This document shows positions 50,694 through 61,681 of a DNA stretch of 64,000 nt, in pieces (positions within the stretch are counted from its first letter, which is position 1; every line of letters begins with the position of its first letter). Source of the DNA: Heterodontus francisci. Taxonomy: Eukaryota. The notes under the pieces are model-generated. The model searched no databases. It saw only the letters and a list, made by a program, of their open reading frames with translations, and was not told where the DNA came from. The position numbers and the translations under genes were made by a program. The stretch covers positions 3,782,001 through 3,846,000 of the forward strand of contig NC_090404.1 of NCBI RefSeq assembly GCF_036365525.1, given 5' to 3'.

Positions 50694-51120
50694 CCCTCGT
50701 GGCACAGCGATACAGTCCGGCGTCCTCGGTCACGGTGCTATCTATGGAGATGGTGTTAGACTTCTGTACTCGGTCGAAGGACAGTGTGTAGCGTCCTTTA
50801 GTCTCAGTCCCCTGGTATATGGAGCTGATAAATGTCGGTGCCCCTGTCAGTGTTTGTCTGTACCAGGCTACTGTATCCCCAGCAGCAATGGAGAGCCGGC
50901 AGTCCAGTTCAACCCGTTCACCTTCCCGAGACACCACCTGCTCGGGGTGTGAGCTCTGATCCTCACACTGAACGCCTGTGAACAAAACAAAATCACTCAA
51001 CAACCACAAGGTATTAAAGATTGGTGAAACAAGGTGCCCGATCAGATAAATAAACTCACACAACATCAACAGCGCCAGAACACCAACTGGAAACAGGTTT
51101 TTGTGGAGGTTTCTGTTCAT
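50694..51120 (-). CDS. Intact TCR alpha/delta-type V gene segment (leader 51060-51120, intron 50976-51059, V exon 50694-50975)
   Basis: Leader MNRNLHKNLFPVGVLALLML, phase-1 GT-AG intron of 84 bp, V exon with both Cys, WYRQ and EDAGLYRC; no stops. Confidence 0.92.
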
Positions 51121-52968
51121 GACGGTGAAGATGGACAAAAGGCGGATCAATCAGGGTCCGATTTCCAGACTAGCACTTGCTGCCGAGTCCCAGACTCTCA
51201 ATGGTGAGGAGGGGGAGGAGAGGGGAGAGCTTTACATTCTCCTCGAACAGTGTGAGACTCATGGGCGTCATTCACCGATCAGATTATTATGGGATGTCGT
51301 CACCTGACATTATTCACTGTGTCTCTCCGGGATTGGCTGTTTCTCAAACCTTAGATCTCTTGAACAGTCGCTGGGAGAGAGTATCGCTTGTCGCTGTATG
51401 GAGCAACAGGTTAAATGTTTCAGGAAGATTTGATCTCTGTCGTCTTTCTAACTCAAAATATCATTCTTGGTCTTTGAATCATAAACATTTGCATCACAAA
51501 GGGAGAGGCCATTCGGCCCACCACCCTTTTGCTGCCTCTGTGAAAGATCAGCCCACATAGAACCAAACACCTGCCTGTTCAATAAATCTTATGTTTTTTA
51601 AAAATTATTTTCATCTTTTCAAACTTTTATCCACTTGGCTATTAAACTTGCCCACAGTTTCTGTTTCCATCACTGTTTCTCGTTGGGTCATCTCGTCCCC
51701 TAATAAACCTGCGCTAAATGATACAACAATTTACTCAACTCTCGCTCCGTTCAGTTAGTGATGATCTGAAATATTCTCCTCCAGTTATCCACTGAATTGC
51801 CAGTCGTGATAACAATGTCTGTCTTTCACCTTTTCCTCAACTTTCCTAAATATGAGCCCTTCTGCTCTGGTGAGAACATCCTCAGTTCCTTCAGTCTCCA
51901 CTCAAAAATATCGTCTCTCACCCCTGCTTCATCTTTTGGAATCTCTCCCGCACCCTGTCCCTGAATTTCATATCTTTTTAAAGAAGGGGCCAAAATCTGG
52001 ATCAAATATTCGAACTGCGGCCTCACCAGTGATGTGTACAAAGTTTATCATCGTTTTGTATATTTGGAAATCCCTGCTCCTCTTTATAAACATTGAATTC
52101 TTTATCCCTTTCCCAGCGCCAGGAGCTTGTTCCCCACTTTTTGTCTCTGAACTCCGAATTCTCTGCCCTCCTTTCCTCATTTAAATTAATATTTCGTTAT
52201 TTGTTATTTTTCTACTTTACATTTATCAGAGCGACCGTATGAACTGTATGGTTTCATTGTATGAGACAAACAGAAACGGTGAGTTTTGTTTATACTTTAT
52301 ACCCATTACCCTTGTATTTTTGACAATGTCTGATTGTCCTCTTTGCCCTGCGCCTGCGTGAATCTTCCTATTAGGGCAGGTGCGCCGCCTAGTGCCGATT
52401 TTGGGTAGATTTTGCCCGTTCAATTTGTCAAACTTGGTATTCAGTCACTGAAGTATTTGTATTTTTCTTCTATTTATTTTACTGTGGAGAGGATGTTTAC
52501 TACTGAGGGAAATTAACCTAACAGGGAGAAAATATTGCAAAAACTTACGCTTTAATTTATTTGATTTGATGTGACACTACGTTAAAAGAATGAAATTAAA
52601 TGAACACGACATAAAATGTTGCATTTTAAATTAGTTCCAGACTATGGGCATATCCGACATGACCGGTATTTATTGAGCATCCCTAGTCCTCCTGGCGACT
52701 CTCTGGAATTATGTAAGTGAGTTTTAAACAATATGGCACCACCAGATTTGATGTATACCAGGGAAATCACGGCTGCCGGGTAACCTCAGCCACACTGGAT
52801 TCATACAAGTGTGTCTTGTTAAAGTTGCGACGCCATTAACTTTTCCTTAACCGCTTAGGTGTTTGATGAAATGACACAAAATGGCACTACAACAATTTTG
52901 ATTGTTTTCTAAAGGGAGACTAAAGATGCTGAGGATGAAAATTCTGAACTCGATTATTGAAAGCGACA

Positions 52969-53379
52969 AGTTATTCTGAAGGATCTCTCACCATTTGTGC
53001 AAATGTGCATCTTCCCACAGTAATACACCCTGGAGCCTGGAGCCGCGATTTCCCGCACACCGAAAACATTATCACCTCTCTTTCTGCCAACAAACACTCC
53101 GAACCAGCTGCTCCCGCAAACTGTGTTAACATAATATAAATTCCGGTGTCTGTCCAGTAATTGCCGGTCACTGTTACTGGTGGCCGCATCACACCGGATT
53201 TGAACCGCTTGCCCTTTCACTGGCGACACCTGCTCAGTTTGGGATATCCTATCCTTACCACGGATTTAATACAAGACAAATATACAACACTCTCACCAGC
53301 TTTACTTCCAATCTAATATTCTTAAGTCAGAAAAGCCACACACGAATAACAACGCGAATGTCCCAACTGGATTCGTCAT
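52969..53379 (-). pseudogene. Degenerate TCR V segment related to the 50.7-kb V
   Basis: Leader MTNPVGTFALLFV|GT; acceptor AG lost; QTEQVSPVKGQAVQIRC..VYYCGK; WY motif disrupted; RSS CACATTT-23 bp-AGAATAACT (52969-53007). Confidence 0.8.
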
Positions 53380-54089
53380 ATTTCCGGATATTGGTTCTGA
53401 AATCACGTGGACATCAATGGTCTGAAAATCCAACTGCGTGGTTTATCAATTCGGTAACCAGTGTTCAAATTTACCAGCGTTCGCCAACTCCAGCCGCCAC
53501 TTCGTTCTTCAGCATCCAATAATCAAAGGGCTGACGTGTCTCTCACCGACACGCCCAATGTTTGGGATGGTTGGTCTTTGTGAAGGTCAAAAGCGATTGG
53601 AGTCTATTCACTCTGATGGGGGAATCGGGTCTTTGTAATGGGTCCGAAGCAATCATTTCACTATGTGGGACTCAGTGTTAAAGTCCTCTCAGCTAAAGGG
53701 AATAAAAACCTCCCTTTCTACTGGGGGTGACCGAGGCGAGCAGTGTCTCAAACAGATTACCCAATAAGGCACCCGGGGCTACCGAACACTAGTGAAAAAT
53801 GGACATTAATGGTGGCGTTGAATGGGCGTTACTGTATGAGATGAGAGAATACAGCAAATTGCGGTGGATGAAAGTTAATCCGGAGAAATTTAAGTACTAT
53901 CAATGTTCACATTGACAGGATAAGATGGATTTGATATCTGTTGGCACTGATTGTCTAATTTCGGCATTCACCTGTACAGCGCCCGGGCAATACATGTGTC
54001 AGGAAATGATTCAATAACAATCTACCCATTGCAAATGATATAACTTCGCTTCTCCCAAAGAACAGCATGACGTCCAGATTCGTGAAAGT

Positions 54090-55020
54090 ATTCCATAGAT
54101 TCACTGAGTCATTTACAGCTTCGAAGGAGTCCATTCGGCCCATCAAGTCCATGCTCCGTAGAGCATATCCCAGTCCCCCACTCGATCCAGTAGCCCTGCA
54201 AGTTTATTTCCTTCAAGTATCCACCGAATTTCCTTTTGAAGTCACTGATTATCTCCGCTTCCACCAGCCTTATGGTTATTACCACTCCCTACGTAAACAT
54301 GTTTTTCCTCATATTCCCGTCGTCACTTGCCACAAACCTTCAATCTGCGTCTCCATGTCCTTGTACCATCAGTTAATGGGACTTATCTAATCCTGTACAC
54401 CTCTATCAAAAAGACCCTCAAAATCCGTTGCTCCAGGGAGAACAACCCCAGCTTTTCCTAACCTTTTAATTAAAATTCCCCAATCCTGAAACCATTCTGG
54501 TAAATCTCGTTTGCACCCTTTCAAGGACTCTCAAATCCTTCCGAAATTCTGGTGACCAGAACTGGACACAATACTCTAGTTGGGGCCAGTTAGAGCTTTA
54601 TAAAGGTCCAGCATAACTTCCCTCTTTCTGTACACTATGCCTCTGTTTATGAAGATTTACTAGCTTATATGCTTTACTAACCACACTCTTAGTATATCCT
54701 CCTACCTTCAAAACCGTTGCACATGAGCCCCCAGGTCCCTCTGTCCCTGTACACTCTTTAGAAATGCAACATTATGACTATATTGCCTCACCCTATCCGT
54801 TCTGCCTAAATGCATCACCTCATACGTGTCAGTATTAAATTCCATCTGCCACTTGTCTGCCCATTCTGCTGGTCTGTACTGTTGCAGGCGATTCGTATCA
54901 TCCTCACTGTTTGACACTCCACCAATTTTGGTATCATCGGCAAATTTTTAAATTCTACACTGTATTCCAAGATCCAAGCCATTTATATCTAGGCAAAAAA
55001 AAAAGCAGTGGTCCCAGCAC
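54090..55020 (-). mobile_element. Degenerate CR1 3' fragment
   Basis: WADKWQMEFN..EVMH and QRDLG motifs. Confidence 0.82.
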
Positions 55021-56237
55021 TGACCCAAAAACCATTTATCACAACTCGCTATTTTCTGTCTTTCAGCCGTTTTATAAATCCAGTTGTGCACTGGCCCTTT
55101 TATTCAATGAGCCTCAATTTTGTTAAGCAGCCTTTTAGCAAACAGAGTTACTTCATTTGCCACAAATCTCTTCACTCTGAGCTGGGATTATACAATGGGG
55201 GTAGATGTTGGGTAATTCCATCAAATCCCAACCAATCCTGAATTTTAATTATAAATAAGAAATGTATTTATTTCGAAACTGCAAACTTGAAGTGACAACC
55301 TGATTTATAGTTAGGTAAGGTTTGAGATTGTTGAATAATGAGTAGACAATGTTACATTAATGAGAATCAAACTGAGGTGAAAATGAAGTTTGTGTTAAGT
55401 TACACTAACTGCAATTTGTATTGGTTGATGCAACGGGAGCTGAGTTGGGAAAAGCGCTGTGCCAGCACCACCTGGGAAATCACAATTCACAAAATTACCT
55501 CTGGCTGCAGCTGAATAATTATGTCACAGACTGATTATTATAACTACATATTATACACTTTAACTCACACTCAATATGCACAGAATTAATGCCAACTTCA
55601 TTTTATATCTTGGTATTTCCTTTTATTTCTTTTAACATCCAAGATACAAATGATGAATGAAGCGCGTTGAAATCAGTTTGAAACAGTGCAGATTCCAACT
55701 CTTGGGTACTGCGTCAACCACGGAGGGTGCAGACTTACTCCTGATTCCCGCCTGTCCAATATACGGTGGGATATTTTAAATATAACGTCTCTGATTTTAA
55801 AGGTGTCTCTGAGCTGCGCTTCGTACCTTTTATCTATCTTAACTGTTACTATTAACGGAGCACTAATGGAACAGTTTACATTACTTTGTGTGGGGAACTC
55901 GTTAAAACGAGATTCTGAGACAAGTTAGATGTTCTAAGCACCACGCCTTCATGGAACACCGAAGACAGCGGTAGAGCGAATGACAGAGAGACAGAGGCAC
56001 AGAGAAAGTCGGAGAGAGACAGAGAAACAATCAGAGAAAGTAATTTTCTACCGCTCTCATTGATTGGTGCCCAACTGTCGTCAGGTCTGACAGACCAGCC
56101 AAGTCTGGGAAACGCCCCTCAATTTCCCGTTGCGTGAAGCCTGTCCCTGATCTGAGTTCACTCTTTAATGTCAGATTGCAAAGGGCAATATATTTAAAAC
56201 GTTTTGTTATTTTCTGTGGAACTCTAAACCAGACGTC

Positions 56238-56868
56238 ATGTGCTCCCCGTGTTCCATACTGATAACATTGGTCTTGCTGCCCGCTGAGTCTGTTTTAAAT
56301 GGTCAGCGTGTCATCCAGGGGTTCAAATCCAAATTCACTGAATTTTGAAGCATTCTACATTTCATAGAGTCATAGAGCTATACAGCACAGAAACAGGCCC
56401 TTCGGCCCATCGTGTCCGTGCCGGCCATCAACCACCTATCTGTTCTAATTCCATTTTCCAGCACTTGGCCCGCAGCCTTGTATGCCACGGCGTTTCAAGT
56501 GCTCATCTAAATACTTCTTAAATGTTGTGGGGGGTTCCTGCCTCCACCAACGTTGCAGGAACGAATGGCGGAGATTCAGTATCCCAGAATCCATCTGAAT
56601 TAACGGTTCAGGAAGGCCAGAGCGCAATACTGAACCGGAGTTACTGGACAACCGACACCACCCCCAACTCTGTTCTGGTGCATTCGGTATCCCTGGGAAG
56701 CTCCGAGATATTTACTGAAGAAATATAACTCGGGAATTGAAGAGAAGTCCCCAGGTTTCCCAGTCAGGTTCTCTGCTGTTTTACACGGTTCCTTGAAATA
56801 TCGCCGCGGGTTCTTCTTGCCCACATTTCTGTGCTGTGATCTAGCGGATCCCGAACAAAATAAAACCC
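56238..56868 (+). pseudogene. TCR alpha/delta-type V pseudogene (paralog of the 57.8-kb V)
   Basis: Leader MCSPCSILITLVLLP with donor GT>CT; CR1 tail inserted in the intron (about 56360-56550); exon from 56559 GDSVSQNPSELTVQEGQSAILNR; frameshift, deletions, heptamer lost. Confidence 0.85.
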
Positions 56869-57047
56869 ACACTGAGTTCCAGCTAGTGCTCAGCAGAGAG
56901 CGCTCTCAGACCGATAAACGAAAACAATAATTCAACCTCCTCAGTGAGAATCACAGGCACCTTTTAAAAGATCGAAGAAAAATTGTGTTGGATCTGCTGT
57001 CCGATCGGATTCTGCAGTTTGTTTTCTCGGCCGCTGAGTTCCGAACT

Positions 57048-57086
57048 GAGTTCCGAAGAAGGGTCACTGACCCGAAACGTTAACTC
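57048..57086 (+). ncRNA. Minimal type-I hammerhead ribozyme-like motif in a Penelope-like short repeat (57048-57190)
   Basis: GAGTT-CCGAAGA-A-GGGTC act GACCC-GAAAC-GTT-AACTC: stem I, core variant of CUGANGA, stem II, GAAA, palindromic ACGT stem III. Confidence 0.6.
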
Positions 57087-57832
57087 TGCTTCTCTTTCCA
57101 CAGATGCTGCCAGACCTGCTGAGTGAATCCAGCATTTCTTGTTTTTGTTTCAGATTTCCAGCATCCGCAGTATTTTGCTTTTATTTTAATGGTTAAATAA
57201 TACTCCATTTAGACAATGTGAAACAACAGAGATCACGATAAGATGCTGATTTTTAACTGCCCATACATACAAAGGATACAAATATGACTCCTGATTCACA
57301 CCTATACTAGTGGTATTTTAATGTAGCTACTTCTATTTTAAAATTGTCTGTGTGTTTTTGTTATTATGCCCTCTCTGCCATAGCTGCTACTATTAATGAA
57401 ACATTTTGGGAAACTCTTTGAAACGGGGGGAATTAGATTTTTTACACTCTTCACTGTTGCGTAGAAGGAGACAAGGCAGAGAAACCGAGAGAGAGCCCCA
57501 GAGACAAAGAGAGGGGAGATAGAGATACAGAGAGTCCGAATGACAGAGAAATAGACAGACACCGAGACGGAGAGAGAGCTGAAGACACAGAGAAAGACAG
57601 AAGGAGAAAGAGAAACAGTCAGAGGAAGTAATTGGTCTGTAACTTACGCTGATTGCAGCCCAACTATCATCTATTCTGAGAAAACAGCCAATCCTGTCCC
57701 TGGGAAACGCCCCTGAGTTTCTCAATGAATGAAATCTCTCTCTGATCTCGCTTTACTCTTTAACTTCACACTAGAAATGTGAACTTATTTAAAACATTCT
57801 TTCATTTTCTGTGGAACTCTAAACCAGACAGC

Positions 57833-58310
57833 ATGTGTTCTCCATGTTACTTAGTGATAATATTGATCGTACTGCCCGGTGAGTCTATGTTTAAATGGTT
57901 AGTGTCTGTTCCATGGGTTATATTCACCTTCAGGTTTAGGATGCATTCTGTATTATGTTACAGGAACCAATGGAGAAGACTCGGTGTTCCAGGATCCTCC
58001 TGAATTAACAGTTCTGGAAGGACAGACCATAATACTGAACTGTAGTTCCTCGACAGCTGGTTTTCCAACTCTGTTCTTGTACATCCAGTAGACCAGAGAA
58101 ACTCCGAGATATTTATTGAAGAAATACAGCACGGGGAAGGGACAAAAGTCTCCAGATTTCCCAGATAGGTTCTCTGCTGTTGTACACAAATCAAACAAAA
58201 ACGGTTCCTTTAAATATCGCCGGGTTTCTTCTCTCCGACGCCGCCGTGTATTTCTGTGCCACGGAGCCCACACTGCTGCAGAGATATTGCAGCCCCCCCG
58301 TACAAAAACC
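57833..58310 (+). pseudogene. TCR alpha/delta-type V pseudogene (leader 57833-57878, V exon 57964-58268, RSS 58269-58310)
   Basis: EDSVFQDPPELTVLEGQTIILNC..LFLYIQ* (TAG 58089), +1 frameshift at about 58200, TVPLNI..SDAAVYFCATEP; CACACTG-26 bp-ACAAAAACC. Confidence 0.92.
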
Positions 58311-59059
58311 CACACTGAGAATTCCAGTTAGTGCTCAGCAGAGGGCGCTCTCGCACCGATAAACAGAAGCAAGAATTTGGCCTGCCCTGACCTCCATGTG
58401 ACTCCAGACCCACAGCAACGTGGTTGGCTCTTATCTGCCCTCTGAAATGACCCAGCACTCCACTCAGTTTCTCAAGGGCAATTAGGGATGGGCAATAAAT
58501 GCAGGCCTAACCAGTGACGCCCATATCCCATGAACGATTTTTTAAAAGTATAAGAACAGGGAGATTATGCTAGACCTTTATAAAACACTAATTAGACCCT
58601 CCCCACAGCTAGAGAACTGTGTACAGATCTGGTCTCCACATTAATCAACTATAGAGTAAGACGAGATCAATTAATTCATATCAAACTAAAGCCAATTTGA
58701 TAACTTATATAATTACAGTCAGTGTTCAATTAGTCAATCACATTTAGAAGAAAAAGTTAAATAACAAGGGATAGTGACAATAAAGGGATCTGAAATTTTC
58801 AGTAAGTTAAAAGCTGAGTTATGCAGATAATAAACATTAAGTAAAGCATTTAAGTTAACTCCCTATAAAATAAAGTGACATCAGCATAAAGGAAGCAGCT
58901 GACCAGTGAGTAGCTGATGAGTCTTTATTCATTTAAATTAAGTTTATTCCGGTTAAGTCAAATAATGATTTAATAAGGAAAGGTTTGGCAGGGCATCTCA
59001 GTCCCGTGGAGTGTACATCCTGTTCTATTTGGGAACTCAAGGACACTTCTTGTAGGATC

Positions 59060-60300
59060 ATAGGAAATAAGAGCAGGAGTAGGCAGGAGTAGGCCATTCA
59101 GTCCGTCCATCCTGCTCCCCCATTCAAATAGATCATGGCTGATCACCTACTACTGCGCCATTTTCCTCCACACTTCCCATATTCTTGGATGTCATTAGTA
59201 TGCAGAAATCTATCGATATCTGTCTTGAACATGCTCAATGATTGAGCTGCCACAGCCCTCTGGGGTAGAGAATTCTACAAATTCATCACCCTCTGAATAA
59301 TGAAATTCCTCCTCATCTCAGTCTGAAATGTACTACCCCTTATTCCAAGACTGTACCCCCTGGTTCTAGACTCACCTCTAATTCTTCATAAGACAATCCC
59401 GCCATCCCAGGAGTTAGTCTGGTGAACCCCCGTTGCACTCCCTCTATGGCAAATATATCCTTCCTTAGATAAGGAGACCAAAATTGTACACAATACCCCA
59501 GGTGTGGTCTCACTAATGCTTTATACAAATGAAGCAATACAGCTTTACTACTATATTCAAATCCTCTCGCAATGAAGGGCAACATACCATTTGCTTTCTT
59601 AATTGCTTGCTCTACCTGACACCAGCTTTTTGTGACTCATAAACAAGGACACCCAGGTCTCTTTGGACATCAACACTTCCCAACCTCTCACCATTTAAGA
59701 AATACTGTGCCTTTTGGTTGAAGTGGATCACTTCACACTCATTCACATTATATTCCAACTGCCATGCTCTTGTCCATTTACTTAGCATGTCCAAATCCCC
59801 TTGAAGCCTCCTTGCAGCCTCCTTGCAACTTACATTCCCACCTAGTTTTGTGTCATCTGCAAATTTGGGAATATTATAATTGGTCCCCATATCGAAGTCA
59901 TCTATATAGATTGTGAACAGCTGTGGTCCCAGCATTGATCCGTGCAGTACCCCTCTAGTAACAGCCTGCCATCCTGAGAATGACCCATTTATTCCTACTG
60001 TCTGCTTTCTGTCTGTTAACCAATTCTCAACCCATTGCAATATATTCCCCCATTCCCATGTGTTCTAATTTTGTTTACTAACTTTCTGTGTGGGACCTTA
60101 TCAAAAGCCTTCTTTAAATCCAAATGCACCACATCCTCTGGTTCTCCTTTATCTATTGTACAAGTAAGACCCTCAAAAAACTCCAACAGGTTTGTCAAAC
60201 ATGATTTCCCTTTCACAAATCCATATTAACTCTGCCCAGTCATACCATTATTTTACAAGTGTTCAGCCATCTTATCCTTCATAACATTTCCCCTACTAGT
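59060..60300 (-). mobile_element. CR1 LINE fragment
   Basis: SCLTNLLEFFE, KAFDKVPH, FADDTKLGG and [13 protein letters not shown] motifs. Confidence 0.9.
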
Positions 60301-60384
60301 GACCTCAAACTAATAGGTCTGGCAAGCAGAGACACTTTGTCTTTAATTCTGCCTGTCCATTTAACTGCCAACGACACAACGAGA

Positions 60385-61681
60385 GGCATGGAACAGAAAG
60401 TTTGTTTACAACTGTGTTTAGAGTCAAGCAGAAGAACGGTGAATGCTGGAAACGTGCTGTCAAATCAAAGGTTGGTGTAAAACTGTGATCGGTTCCTGAC
60501 TGAAAGTGAAACGACAGGTTTATGTTTCCAGTATAAAAATGGTTCATAATAATTATGCAAAGTGTTAGTGTCAAAGTCCTGAGATGACCATTTTTAGGCA
60601 GGTGTTAATTAATTTAATCAAAACCTATATTACGACTGGGGTGGGAGGAGTGCACTGTTAATTTAGACCCACTTCTCCACAGACCACAACTTATATTTAA
60701 ATTTTCCCACTTACTGAAACCATTAATTAGATACTCTATTTGACCCAGAATAAAGCACAGCAACTAGGTTTCTTTAATAAACAACAAAACGATCCGTTTA
60801 TTATAAACCAAGTTTTAACCAATAATGAGGTAGATATGCGCACGAATTAAATTATTAAAGCCCCTTATTTTCTCCTTGCCCTCACACACACACACACACA
60901 CACAGACACATACATACACAATCGTTTAACTGGGGAAAAAAGGATTTTTGTTTACAGCTTGTTACAAAGGAATGGAAGGAATTAAAAAAAAAACTTAGAC
61001 TGAAAAGAAGTTATGGAAGTCTTTTGTTTTGGCTAGGTTTTCCAAAGGCGAATAGACGGCTGTCATGGGGAATCTTCCCAGAACAGTTCTTTCCAGGTGA
61101 TGTTGACGATACTAAAATAAAAGCAAAATACTGCAGATTTTGGAAATCCGAAATGATAGCGGAAAATGCTGGAAATACTCAGCAGGTTAGGCAGCGTATG
61201 TGGAGAGAAAAGCAGTAGTCTGATGCAAGGTTACAGACCTGAAACGTTAACTCTGCTTCTCTCTCCACAGATGCTGCCTGACTTTGATGATATATTTTGG
61301 TAGACTTCAAATGGATTCAGCAGAAAAAGCTTCACATGGCTCTTACATCATGTGTGCATCAACAAAGGTTTCAATTCTCACACATTTGATGCAAAGTTAC
61401 TTCAAAGATGCAAGGTTTTTGCAAACATGCAGGATTTCTTCAAATACAGGAGGCAACAGTACAACTTGATGCAGGAATTCTTCAAAGAGGGAGAGATATC
61501 AGCTGTCTTCTCCTGGCAGACACACAGCAACTCCTCCTTTCTGTGTTTTTTTTCAGGCCAAACACCAACTGTCTTTTTAACAGTTCAAAATGAAACTAAA
61601 ACTCTTCAGTAGCAATCCTGTGATATCTATAAATCGTAGTCTGTCATTTCCTTGGAAACATCTGTCCCTTCAGGTCATAAC
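60385..61681 (+). repeat. Second copy of the ZNF-flank plus LTR module (paralog of 23035-24118)
   Basis: Colinear homology including the flank/LTR junction at about 60627; extra insert at about 61110-61282; cut off by the CR1 at 61682. Confidence 0.88.
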
